This document shows positions 52,565 to 64,000 of a DNA stretch of 64,000 bases, piece after piece. The position numbers and the translations under genes were made by a program. Every line of letters begins with the position of its first letter. The stretch's first letter is position 1. The notes under the pieces were generated by a model that did not search any database, had not been told where the DNA came from, and saw nothing but the letters and a program-made list of their open reading frames with translations. The DNA comes from Octopus bimaculoides (lineage: Eukaryota), in assembly GCF_001194135.2 (NCBI RefSeq), contig NC_068981.1:73926773-73990772 (forward strand). Direction: 5' to 3'.

Positions 52565-53900
52565 ATAGCCGTGTTGCTCGTGCCCACTACGCCCCGGGCA
52601 CACGTATGAAACCGCACCCTACCAGATGACGGGTCTGAACGCGTACATAGGCGCGGCGCGGCACGCCAACGCGAAAGAAGGGCGTGCTCGAGAGCAGCCG
52701 ACCTCGTTAATCGCGATGCCGAGGCCGACGGGAGGCCGAGGCCGGCGCCAATGTTACAGCCCAGTACCGGTCTGCTGCTTTGCGGGAAGACGTGTTCCGG
52801 TGCTCGATGGAGTGATGCCGAGCGAACGGCGCCTGGCAGAGCGATGCCAGCGAATGGCGCCCCGATCGCGCAGGATCAGAGCGATACAGACGGCCCGACC
52901 GNNNNNNNNNNNNNNNNNNNNNNNNNNNNNNNNNNNNNNNNNNNNNNNNNNNNNNNNNNNNNNNNNNNNNNNNNNNNNNNNNNNNNNNNNNNNNNNNNNN
53001 NNNNNNNNNNNNNNNNNNNNNNNNNNNNNNNNNNNNNNNNNNNNNNNNNNNNNNNNNNNNNNNNNNNNNNNNNNNNNNNNNNNNNNNNNNNNNNNNNNNN
53101 NNNNNNNNNNNNNNNNNNNNNNNNNNNNNNNNNNNNNNNNNNNNNNNNNNNNNNNNNNNNNNNNNNNNNNNNNNNNNNNNNNNNNNNNNNNNNNNNNNNN
53201 NNNNNNNNNNNNNNNNNNNNNNNNNNNNNNNNNNNNNNNNNNNNNNNNNNNNNNNNNNNNNNNNNNNNNNNNNNNNNNNNNNNNNNNNNNNNNNNNNNNN
53301 NNNNNNNNNNNNNNNNNNNNNNNNNNNNNNNNNNNNNNNNNNNNNNNNNNNNNNNNNNNNNNNNNNNNNNNNNNNNNNNNNNNNNNNNNNNNNNNNNNNN
53401 NNNNNNNNNNNNNNNNNNNNNNNNNNNNNNNNNNNNNNNNNNNNNNNNNNNNNNNNNNGGACCGACTGACCCGTGCTCGACCGCCGTTGGAACGGAACCG
53501 CTCTCCGCTTTGGTTTTCGAAGGTCTCATTCGAATATTTGTTACTCCCATCGAGATCAGCACCTGCGGTCGGCTTCACTCAAGGTCTGTTCCGCGGCTTC
53601 CATGCACGTAATTGTGTTTCGTCCTCCCGTTGGTGCCAGCTACCCTGAGGGAAACTTCGTGGGGACTAGCTACAAGACGACTCAATTGTCTTTCGCCCCT
53701 ACACCTGGTTCCGACGATCGATTTGCACGTCAGAAGCCCTTCGAACTTCCACCAGAGTTTCCTCTGGCATCCTCCCGACAGGGTGTTGATCACCATCTTT
53801 CAGGGCTCCGGCCGCCTGCTACACTTAAGTCGGATCTAAAACGCACGGATCCGACCCGAGAACGATGCTTCGTGGCCGGTTCAGACCGGTCTGGACCGGT
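52565..53900 (-). pseudogene. Dispersed 28S (LSU) rRNA fragment, divergent and internally deleted
   Basis: Reverse complement matches conserved LSU cores: GGACCGACTGACCC (53459), GCCAGCTAyCCTGAGGGAAACTTCG (53635), GTCTTTCGCCCCTA, CGATTTGCACGTCAG, CCACCAGAGTTTCCTCTGGC, CACCATCTTTC. The GC-rich 52565-52901 segment ends in CCCGACCG, as at the D8 expansion boundary. N-gap 52902-53458. Conserved core is missing near 53600-53630. Confidence 0.85.
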
Positions 53901-53949
53901 TAGAGTTAGAGTGAGTTTTCGGATTAGGGTAAATTTTAGTGTTAGGGCT

Positions 53950-54078
53950 TGATGTTTGATGAAGATGCAATGATGTTTGCTGAAAGTATGATGATGTTTG
54001 ATGAAAATGATTGATGGATGAAGATGTTTTCATCAAACATTTTCGTCAAACATTTCCATCAAACATTTTCATCAAACA
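53950..54078. repeat. Inverted array of a 13-bp unit (TGTTTGATGAAAA / TTTTCATCAAACA)
   Basis: About three degenerate forward copies followed by four reverse copies. Confidence 0.8.
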
Positions 54079-54544
54079 GGCCACAATTTACTCGTGACTG
54101 GTCTGGGGGCCTAAAAGCAGCGCTGCATTTATTATTTTTACACGAACACATGATACAAGCTTGAAGGGAAGATATAAAGTCAACTGCATATGTTTTAGTA
54201 CATACCGAAATGATGACTCGTAGCATAGAGTAGGGGCAGTTATTTATTTCTGACTCGCAGCTATTCGAGTTTTGATACAATCGTGTAATTAGAACTATAG
54301 CATGTTGTGTGGCCGTTCCTTTCATGACAGTTAGGTGTGATTCAATGAACATTGGGTTGGCATCCTAACAGTGCAATCGCTTGTATTGCTCCGAGTATAT
54401 TACTAGTATACATCGTATCGGAAAATAAAGATTGTAACGCAATTGAGGAAAATTAGTCGAACATTTATTTCTTTTCACTCTGTTATTTCAAATTTATGTA
54501 TCTATTTATTAATTATTATATTTCGGGACGGTCAAATAAACACG

Positions 54545-54897
54545 GCCAAATAAACACACGGACTGTATATTCGTTCTTCACTCGTTTATTATTATTCTTA
54601 TTTTATCTTATGTCCATTGTCTGGAAATCTTTCGTTACACACCTGTGACCTCTCCAGCGACTCTTGCATGCCCCGTATCTCCCCCTGTTCTTTTTTTTTT
54701 GGAGGGGGGGGGGATAAGTATAGCACTGATCCACCCGTTGCATCTATCTCTAGGAGTCTTCTTTGCTTTTGAGGTTGAGGTCTCACTCTTACTGATCTAG
54801 TGGGGCCAAAAGATTTCTAGATAATGGACATAAAATAAAATTAGAACAAAAATAAACGAATGAAGAACGAATATATAGTTCGTATGTTTATTTTGGC
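54545..54897. mobile_element. Foldback/MITE with approximately 88-bp inverted arms
   Basis: 54545-54632 is the imperfect reverse complement of 54809-54897. Confidence 0.7.
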
Positions 54898-56834
54898 AAA
54901 ACAAAATGACTATCTTAAATAAAACAATATCTGCTTCAATACATGATTTCACATCAGGAATCTTGCAAAACATTCATAAACGTATTTATTTATTTATTAA
55001 TTTACTCACATTAAATAAAGTATTCTTTTTTTTGGGGGGNNNNNNNNNNACAATACTGTCAACGGAGGTCAACTGAGTAAGGGATAGAGTTATTTCTCTT
55101 GAAACAATACTGTCAACGGAGGTCAACTGAGTAAGGGATAGAGTTATTTCCCTTGAAACAATACTGTCTAAGGTTTATCTACCTTTAGACCAAGGGGAAT
55201 AACTCAGATATTTTTAGAAAATGCCCTAAACCTTGTGTGTGTCTGATTCTATCTATCTATCTATCTATCTATCTACATTATCTGATTTTCGCACCATTCC
55301 GCACCCACACCCGCTTATAACCGTAGTAAACCATTGCGGTTAAAGACAGTAGCCCACTACCGTCTTTGCATAAGATAAGTAAATTGTCACTGGAAAAGAT
55401 GAGTAAACTACCACACACACACACACGTTCATACACACGATTGTCACTGAGCGGTGACGAGTGAATTCTCTGCCACCTGCACCCTGGGTACATTAAAGAG
55501 TTTGCCTTATCGTATCTTTGATAGCACGTGGAAATAATCATGTCTTTCGTATTCGCCTCTTTTAATTTACTCACCAGCACCCTAATATATATTTTCTCTT
55601 TTACTACTTTTATATTAAACCTTAATTCTACTCTAATGGACCTTGAAAATGGATTTGCAAATTACGTCGCAACACGTTTTATCAAGTTTGACGGTGCAAA
55701 TCGAAATTTTGTGGTCAGTGTAAAACTGGTTTAAATTATGAGCACTCAACACTATTCTCGTCCACTGATTTAATAGATTCAATGTGGACAATTCGGTGTA
55801 ATCATTCCATGTCCATACTAAATCATTCGTGAAAGCCTGCCAGGCAGTTAGAACTGTTTAAGTATACTGTTGAGGTTTTTACACACTTACCGTTTCTCGG
55901 CGAAACTCACATAATCTAGAAAGTGCAACTAAGGTGGTCTTGCCGAAGTTACCATATCTATATATGAGGACCTGAGATTGTTGTGCAATTGCTCTTGCAC
56001 CTGAGACAATACTAGACCACGAGTATTTAAATATCTTACTCTGAGTACAGTGATGCTGGTCTGAGAAAGGAAAACGCAAGCGGTCATTTACGTTGATTTT
56101 TATATTTTCTTTGTATGTTGTCATATGTACTTCATCAATTCTCCACTATTCCCATTTACAACAGTAAACTTAATGGAGTTTGTTTTATAACTAGTTGTTG
56201 CTGTTTTTGTGGCTGCTTCTGTTGCTGCTCTTATTTTTGATATTGTTGCTTTTTCTTTTCCTGTTTCTTTTTTTTTTCGTTGCGCCACTGATATCGGCAG
56301 CAGTGGAGCCCTTTTGTAATCATTTTTGCTTTGACTGTATTCAGAACGCTCTCAATGGATCAATTGTTTTACAAACGTAGCATCTCGGTTGTCTACCCTT
56401 CGCAGTTACTCGTAGTTCTGTCTCATCCGGCCGGGAGATAAGGTTTGGGGTCCTTTCCAGCTACTCGGGTTTTACATGAAAATGAACCTCCAGTGTGATT
56501 GCCAACCAGGTCTTTCGCCTCGATCTCTTCACGTCCAGGAGAGATTGCACCCCTCCACTACACATGCCAAAGATCTAGCTGGCATTGTTGCCTTTACCGC
56601 CAGTCTTCCCAAATAGGCTGGGAAAAGAGTTAGGCTCTCGCCACTGAATGTTGTAATGCGAGGGTCTCAGCCTTCAATAAGTTGATATGAAAGTTGGTAT
56701 GAAGACTGAAGCGGCAAACATTTACGAAGCAGTGGAAAACCTTCATATTTGAAGAGTGTATCATTGCGCATGAGGTATGCATTGAAAAGTGATGGGTACC
56801 ACTACATATGCTATGTCAATACCATTTCCAAGTG

Positions 56835-56985
56835 GGGCGGCGAGCTGGCAGAATCGGTAGCACGCCGGGCAAAATGCCTGGCGGCATTTCGTCCGTCATT
56901 ATAGTTCGAATTCAAATTACGCCGGAGTCGACTTAGCCCTTCCTTCCGAAATTGCTGGTCTTGCACCAAAATTTGAAACCAGGTT
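56835..56985 (+). mobile_element. tRNA-derived SINE family B, CpG-intact and internally deleted
   Basis: ggcggcgagctggcagaatcggtagcacgccgggc...gtcgactt. Confidence 0.8.
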
Positions 56986-57407
56986 TATTTCCAAGTGATG
57001 TCTCTTCTATACAATTAATTATTTGACTGAATTTTACTTATCTAACTCAAATCGTTTAACATCTTCTTCAGTGCTAGTTCTGTTTTTCTTTTTCTTTCAC
57101 CTGTCTTTAATTTGCAAACGTAATTTCAATAATAAATAGAACAGTGTTCAAATACCATTGGGATTAACTTATCATTTCATCCTTCAGATGTCAATCTTTT
57201 TCTCTTCACTTAACTATAGCGACTACTTACTACGGGAAATAACTCGACATTGTGAGCGTGAAGTGAGAATTAATCAACTTATTCAATTTCATACGTTATT
57301 AAGGTTAACTTTTTTGACAAGCAACCTATCTCATTAAGAAAATTTCTGTAAGAGGTGAAAGTAGTATTTATACTGAGAAGTAATCTTCATTGACACCTAA
57401 ACACGGA

Positions 57408-57964
57408 TGTTATTTAAGAACAGACGATACTGCAATTTAATCCCGGGAAGATGCCTCCTCCAGCTGGTTATTCAGTGCACTCCGCACTCAGTATATATTG
57501 AGAGTGGGGAGAGAACTCTCTACTATTATTCCAGTTTCGAGATCACCAACCGTGCGGTTTCGACCTTATTATTGTCATCCCCGGTGATGGATACTCATCT
57601 GCTATTCATGGCAGTAGTTCAGCCCAGCTTGCAGTATATACAGAATAAGTGGTACACAGTCACTGATCTTGCACCAAGGAAATTAGCTGGTTAAGAAAAT
57701 TTATATAAGGGACGAAAGCAGTATTTATACTGAGAAGTAACGTTTATCAACAATACTGCTAGGCCTCCTTCAGCTGGTTATTCAGTGCGCTCCGTACTCG
57801 ATATATATCTGGGGTGGGGGTGGGGGGGTCTAGAAGCTGGAATAATTGTAGGGAGTTCTCTCTCCGCTTGCAATATATATCGAGTGCAGAACGCACTGAA
57901 TAACCAGCTGAAGGAGGCGTCCGCCTGGGGTTAAAATAGCAGTATTATCTGTTCTTAGAGAACA
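57408..57964. mobile_element. Foldback element with approximately 135-bp inverted arms and an internal partial third copy
   Basis: 57408-57542 is the imperfect reverse complement of 57829-57964; partial direct copy at 57762-57808. Confidence 0.7.
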
Positions 57965-57979
57965 GTCGTGTTCAGGTTA

Positions 57980-58240
57980 TTTTACTCTGGAGTAACGTTA
58001 CTCGACTTGGTAAGTAGCTCGGTGATCAGGGAGTCTCTTAAGGTCAAGCCGCTGCTTCTCTGTATTGAGAAATCACAGCTCCAGTACAACGGACATGTGA
58101 TTAGAATGCAGCAAGAAATGATCGCAAGATGGATTCTTCAAAGCGAGCCAACCGGCAGGGTGACTTAGAGGTAGACCAAAAGCGTTATGGTACGATAATA
58201 TCCATATCTCAGTCGGTCACGCTTGGGAATCTATCCGGAA
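57980..58240 (+). mobile_element. RTE LINE ORF C-terminal remnant
   Basis: GVTLLDLVSSSVIRESLKVKPLLLCIEKSQLQYNGHVIRM...RGRPK..WYDNI. Confidence 0.7.
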
Positions 58241-58743
58241 ATTGTAAAGGTGGTTTGTTTTGATAGGACCCTATGGTAGAGACACATGACGATTTTTACT
58301 GCAAGTCACTCCAAAGATAGCGAATGGAGATGGATGGATAGATGTAATATTTTACCGACCCTGAATAAACAAAAGTAAAGTTAATCCAGGTACAATTTTA
58401 GCACAGAAATTAAATGCGTGAGCCTAAATATCAAAAAGTATTTACTATAGTACTGTGCCACTCCTCGGCACAATTGGTTGAAATGTCACAGTAAGAAATT
58501 TGCTTTCAAATTAGCTTAGTGGTGAAGTTAATTAGTAAAGAATCACAAACATCAAAAATAATCAGTAGCGTTAAGGACAGTGTAAGAATTCCACATGTAG
58601 TTATTTTATCTCATTCATATCTAAAGCAAAACAATGTTTAGCACGATAATGATGTCTTTAATATGATAATTTATATCTAGTTTATCTATCAAATAAGCAA
58701 AATAAGTGGAATTTCACTCTCTTGACGTCATACTATATATGCA

Positions 58744-58780
<37 letters not shown>

Positions 58781-58847
58781 TCCCTGTATATNNNNNNNNN
58801 NNNNNNNNNNNNNNNNNNNNNNNNNNNNNNNNNNNNNNNNNNNNNNN

Positions 58848-58911
<64 letters not shown>

Positions 58912-58931
58912 AATATATATGTATGTATATA

Positions 58932-59100
58932 TCTATAACTATAAAAGAGAGTTTGTATGTGTGTGTGTGTGTGTGTGTGTGCCTGTGTGCGTGTATGTTC
59001 CTTATGCATTCCAAAACCGAGTTGCCGATTTTCACGTAAGGGGTATCAAAAGATTCAGTAAGCTTTTGGCTACCAACTAAACTATATTTTCATTCACATA
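58932..59100 (+). mobile_element. Helitron/HINE-like 5' end
   Basis: A|TCTATAACTATAAAAGAGAGTTTGTATG-(GT)n-...CCGATTTT pattern; no 3' CTAG end located. Confidence 0.35.
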
Positions 59101-59945
59101 TTTGCATTACAAAAATTTAACATTATCATTTTTCTTTCAGTTACCTATCGACATTTTATATCGCCACCACAATGGTGATGCCGTCCATGCAATTTTTTCA
59201 AATTAAGATTTCTAAATTGTTCCTACTGTGTTAGCTTATTTGAGGATTTCAAATGGCAGATGCTACGTAGTAAAATTGGTATTATAGTCAACCAGCAAGC
59301 AGTAGTCTGAGTTCCGTCATTCAGTCTGCTGGTCTTTTCTACTTGTATTTAGTACTTATAATGTCTAATAATGGTTCCAAATTTTGGTACGTGGCCAGTA
59401 GTTTTTGAAATTTGGGGGAGGAGGATAAGCAATTACATCGACCCCAGTACTCAACTGGAACTTAATTTATCGACTCCGAAAGAATGAAAGGCAAAGTCGA
59501 CCTCGGTGGAATTTGAACTCAGAACGTAGCGGCAGACGAAATACCAATAATGTCTAATGATAATGGAAAATACAGTTTGATAATATAAAACAAGTTTGAA
59601 TTTCCGACCTCGAAGTTTTAATTTTTGGGGCCAATTGAACTACCAGGCTCAAGGAATTAGCGTGCAAGTGGCTGAGTATTCCATAGCATGTAAGTGGCTG
59701 AGTATTCCATAGACTCAGTATAATACAGTATGGACAAGGCTAGGCTTTTGAATCACAGGCACAATCTATCTGACGGGTCTCGAAAACATTACATATCTAC
59801 CCAATTTTCTTCACAAGATATATGGTCAATCAGAAACTGTAGGAAACTAGCTTGCCAAAGATACTATGCAGTTCGATCGGACCCAGGATGCAGTGATATC
59901 GATGCGAACTTTTTAACCGTTCTACAATATTACCCCTAGATCTAG

Positions 59946-60290
59946 TTCTGCAATACTGCACCTAGATCTACCATGTTCTTCTTATGCATTCTGCAAAACT
60001 GCACCTAAAGCTATCTACATCTAGATCTATCATTTACTTTTAATTCAAGCATTTTACAATACTACACTTATATCTTACATGTTCTTCTTAACCATTCTGC
60101 AATACAAGACCTACATCTAACATATACTTCTTAAGCATTCTGCAAAACTGCACCTAAACCTATCATGTACTTCCTAAACATTTTACAACAGTGTACTTAT
60201 ATCTAACATGTATTTCTTAAGCATGCTGCAATATTACAATTACATCTAACACGTACTTCTGAAACATTCTGCAATACTGCGTCAACTTAT
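59946..60290 (+). repeat. Degenerate 43-bp minisatellite, about 8 copies
   Basis: TTCTGCAA/TTTTACAA anchors at 59946, 59989, 60052, 60095, 60138, 60181, 60224, 60267. Confidence 0.85.
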
Positions 60291-60310
60291 ATCATGTCAA
60301 CTTATAGCAT

Positions 60311-60898
60311 GGGAGCAGGTGTGACAGTGTGATAAGAAGCTTGCTTGGTTCCGGGTTCAATCCCACTGTGTGGCACCTTGGGCAAATGTTTCCTACCATA
60401 GTTTCGGACCGACCAAAACCTTGTGACTGGATTTTTCAAAAAGTGAAAGAAGCCAGTCGTATATATATANNNNNNNNNNNNNNNNNNNNNNNNNNNNNNN
60501 NNNNNNNNNNNNNNNNNNNNNNNNNNNNNNNNNNNNNNNNNNNNNNNNNNNNNNNNNNNNNNNNNNNNNNNNNNNNNNNNNNNNNNNNNNNNNNNNNNNN
60601 NNNNNNNNNNNNNNNNNNNNNNNNNNNNNNNNNNNNNNNNNNNNNNNNNNNNNNNNNNNNNNNNNNNNNNNNNNNNNNNNNNNNNNNNNNNNNNNNNNNN
60701 NNNNNNNNNNNNNNNNNNNNNNNNNNNNNNNNNNNNNNNNNNNNNNNNNNNNNNNNNNNNNNNNNNNNNNNNNNNNNNNNNNNNNNNNNNNNNNNNNNNN
60801 NNNNNNNNNNNNNNNNNNNNNNNNNNNNNNNNNNNNNNNNNNNNNNNNNNNNNNNNNNNNNNNNNNNNNNNNNNNNNNNNNNNNNNNNNNNNNNNNNN

Positions 60899-60934
<36 letters not shown>

Positions 60935-61193
60935 ATGTATCTATGTATGTGAGTGTGTGTATATATATATATATACCTCTGTGTGTGTATCTTTGTGTTT
61001 ATCCCCCCCCTTGAAAACCGCTGTTGGTGTGCTTACATCCCCGTAACTTAGTGGCTCGGCAAAAGAGCCCGACAGAATAAGTACTTGACTTGAAAAACAT
61101 AAATCCTGGGGACGATTTGTTCAACTAAAACCCTTCAAGGCAGTGCCCTAGCATGGCTGCAGTCAAATTACTGAAACAAGTATAAGATAAAAG
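60311..61193 (+). mobile_element. tRNA-derived SINE family A with expanded microsatellite
   Basis: Head and tail halves flank a (TA)n-gap-(TG)n core. Confidence 0.78.
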
Positions 61194-61684
61194 ATGTATT
61201 CTTAACACTTGAACAATGTTGCGCCTACATCCAACGTGAACTGCTTAATCATTCGGGAACGCTACGACTACACCTAACACAATACAGCTTCATGATAAAT
61301 TAAAGTAAAGTGCTTATACAGCAATATCTGGAGTATTATAAGATTAGCAAAATATTTTGTTGGTTCTTCGTTCGTTTGAATACAGCTGTCTCAAAGTTAA
61401 TAGATTGGCTGGATGAGTGAATCTATTAGAAAATTGCTAAAATAAAATATCATGCAATATCAAGGGAGAAAAATTTGCAACAATTTGTATAAAAGGGCGA
61501 CATCGTGATGCCACAGTATGTGACTAATAATCAGATTCTAGTGACTGAATACTGTAACAGCAAAATATACTCAAGCTACTTCCTGTTGTTATCACCTAAG
61601 ATTGAACTTTGCTGACTTGTTAAATGTCTCACCATTCTACTAAATGAGAGTGTCTTAGAAAAACATCCGGTGAATGAGCATACA

Positions 61685-61718
<34 letters not shown>

Positions 61719-62719
61719 CATACAGACAGACAGACAGATAGATAGATAGATAGATATAGATATACATACACACACTACTTTCATAAACTCCCCACACGTA
61801 TACAGTCATACATACATACACATATTCGTTCATACATGAAAATATATGAAAATATACATACACACAACCCAGATACATATATACATTCATGCATATATAT
61901 ATATATATNNNNNNNNNNNNNNNNNNNNNNNNNNNNNNNNNNNNNNNNNNNNNNNNNNNNNNNNNNNNNNNNNNNNNNNNNNNNNNNNNNNNNNNNNNNN
62001 NNNNNNNNNNNNNNNNNNNNNNNNNNNNNNNNNNNNNNNNNNNNNNNNNNNNNNNNNNNNNNNNNNNNNNNNNNNNNNNNNNNNNNNNNNNNNNNNNNNN
62101 NNNNNNNNNNNNNNNNNNNNNNNNNNNNNNNNNNNNNNNNNNNNNNNNNNNNNNNNNNNNNNNNNNNNNNNNNNNNNNNNNNNNNNNNNNNNNNNNNNNN
62201 NNNNNNNNNNNNNNNNNNNNNNNNNNNNNNNNNNNNNNNNNNNNNNNNNNNNNNNNNNATATAAGCATTTGTGTATGTGTAAACCCACAAACGCACGTGC
62301 ATAATTTTTAATAGGCAATTGGAGTTGGAATTGCTGGAGATATCACCAACCTATTTTGCTGTGGTAGAATAAGCAAATGAGACAAAAAATTAGCTACTTC
62401 TTAACTTTAGCACCACTATACTCTTACTATATACTAACAACACTAACCTTGTTAAAATATTCCCTCACTCAGATATTCGGGTGGCTGAAGAACAAAAATA
62501 TAATATGTGTACGATTGTGACCCGGCAAGTTCAGGTGGAGCCAGCCTTGTTTAAGGTTTCTTTTCAGTACCTTGTCCCCTGATTGGGGAGAGCAGCGCTT
62601 AACGCAAAGAATTTCGCTCTGTCATCTTAAGGGATTACGAAAGTCCATATCTGTTCTAGGTCTCTGGAAAACGTCCGTCACCCAATGGCCACGTGTAAGC
62701 TGGATTAAAGTTGCTGAAG

Positions 62720-62960
62720 ACTTTCAGTAGCATTCTCTGCCTTTCTCCTTCGACTTTACCGCAAGGCCACTGAACTTATCGTCGAAGCATGAACGTATTT
62801 GCGTAGGTGCCCTGGTTGGCCTAACAACCTGCACGATGGATATTATCATAACGAGCTTCATTTGTGCATAGTCAGTCCTACTCAGTTGTCTCTCAAACTT
62901 GTACTGGTCAGGTTCAACAAGTGTCACGAGTCCAGTAGTTATAAGGGTGCCGGATTTGTA
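62720..62960 (-). mobile_element. Possible LINE APE-endonuclease remnant
   Basis: ISIVQVVRPT resembles the I.QVYAPT motif; otherwise degenerate. Confidence 0.35.
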
Positions 62961-63505
62961 TGGAGTTACCTGCTCTTAGATGAATAGCTAAAGAGCTGAA
63001 GGGTCTCATCTATTCTGAATCCGTTGGGATGTTTGCAAGTGACCTTCTTCCTGATGCAATTCCATAACATGCTAATTAACCCAGAACTGGAACCCTAGCA
63101 GGTGTTACTGATCCAGATCAAAATATACCTAGGAATAATAATGTCTAAGAGGTGGTTGTATTCCCCATCAAAACCCCGGAACTGCTGAAGCAGACCCCAT
63201 TACTGGGTGCAGTTTAGAGATATACCCAGGGCACACACACATGCATATGAATGGATGGATGGATGGATGGATGGACGGATGGACACGAGGGGATGCTGAA
63301 TAGTTCCTGGCTTTGGGTAAAAGAAAATACAGGAGGATTACTTAATTTTGATTTTATTGAACATATTCCATTCTCAGATTCACACACTTATTGCAACGGT
63401 CCTTCAATTTTTCTAAGCCCTGTAAAAGAACCCGGAATGTTAGGCCTCCAACCAGGCCTTTTACGATACCCTTAAAGTCAGGAACTTATCAGCACTCTCT
63501 CGTAA

Positions 63506-63552
<47 letters not shown>

Positions 63553-63910
63553 TTATCGTTGCCCCTCAGCTCATATATGACAAGAAATAGCACGTTAGAC
63601 ATACCTATTAAAACAAGACATAGGATAAAATAAACAAAACTAAAACATGATGGCAACGGCCGTAGTAACTAGAGCGAGACAAGTTTTTTTCCCCACCTAA
63701 TTATAAATACTGGGATTACAAATAACTAATAAACTTAAAATGAGCACAATAGTGTACGTGACTTATTTATGACTACAATTACTGTACCCGGATGGAAATC
63801 CGCGCGTACGCCTGTACGTATATGTATGTGTGTGCGTTCGTGCGTGTGTGTGTGCCTGCATGTATGCGCTCGCGCGCTCACACATGAAGGCTTGTGTGAG
63901 TGTGTGATAG

Positions 63911-64000
<90 letters not shown>

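Noticed and set aside
52457-52600. Canonical R4/R2 insertion into 28S
   Set aside because: The 28S fragment ends in the D8 expansion, before the classical target region, and is separated from the LINE by a spacer and TATG repeats.
55050-55168. 54-bp tandem repeat
   Set aside because: Only about two copies, abutting an N-gap; may be real but is not distinguishable from an assembly artefact.

Overview
AT-rich, microsatellite-dense animal genomic DNA with many N-gaps. The repeat content looks like an octopus/coleoid cephalopod draft assembly (inference). Only one host coding exon is recognisable: the first coding exon of WDR45B/WIPI3 (minus strand, 33684-33750), with an ETS-type promoter motif just upstream. 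I could not find any later WDR45B exon, so 1-33.7 kb is probably one very long intron. That half is CpG-depleted, whereas 32-64 kb keeps its CpGs. The rest is mostly transposon debris: tRNA-derived SINE families, RTE, CR1/Jockey and R4/Dong LINE remnants, a mariner and a Tc1 copy with intact TIRs, piggyBac- and hAT-type MITEs, a solo LTR, a Penelope GIY-YIG remnant, foldback elements and minisatellites. There is also a dispersed, internally deleted, divergent 28S rRNA fragment (52565-53900, minus). The best leads are that rDNA fragment and its flanks, an R4/Dong element sitting in a (TATG)n target, nested intronic dsRNA-forming structures, the CpG boundary and an orphan TATA/CCAAT transcription unit near 41-42 kb. 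I found no clear new multi-gene system. Repeat boundaries are read by eye and are approximate unless TSDs/TIRs are given.
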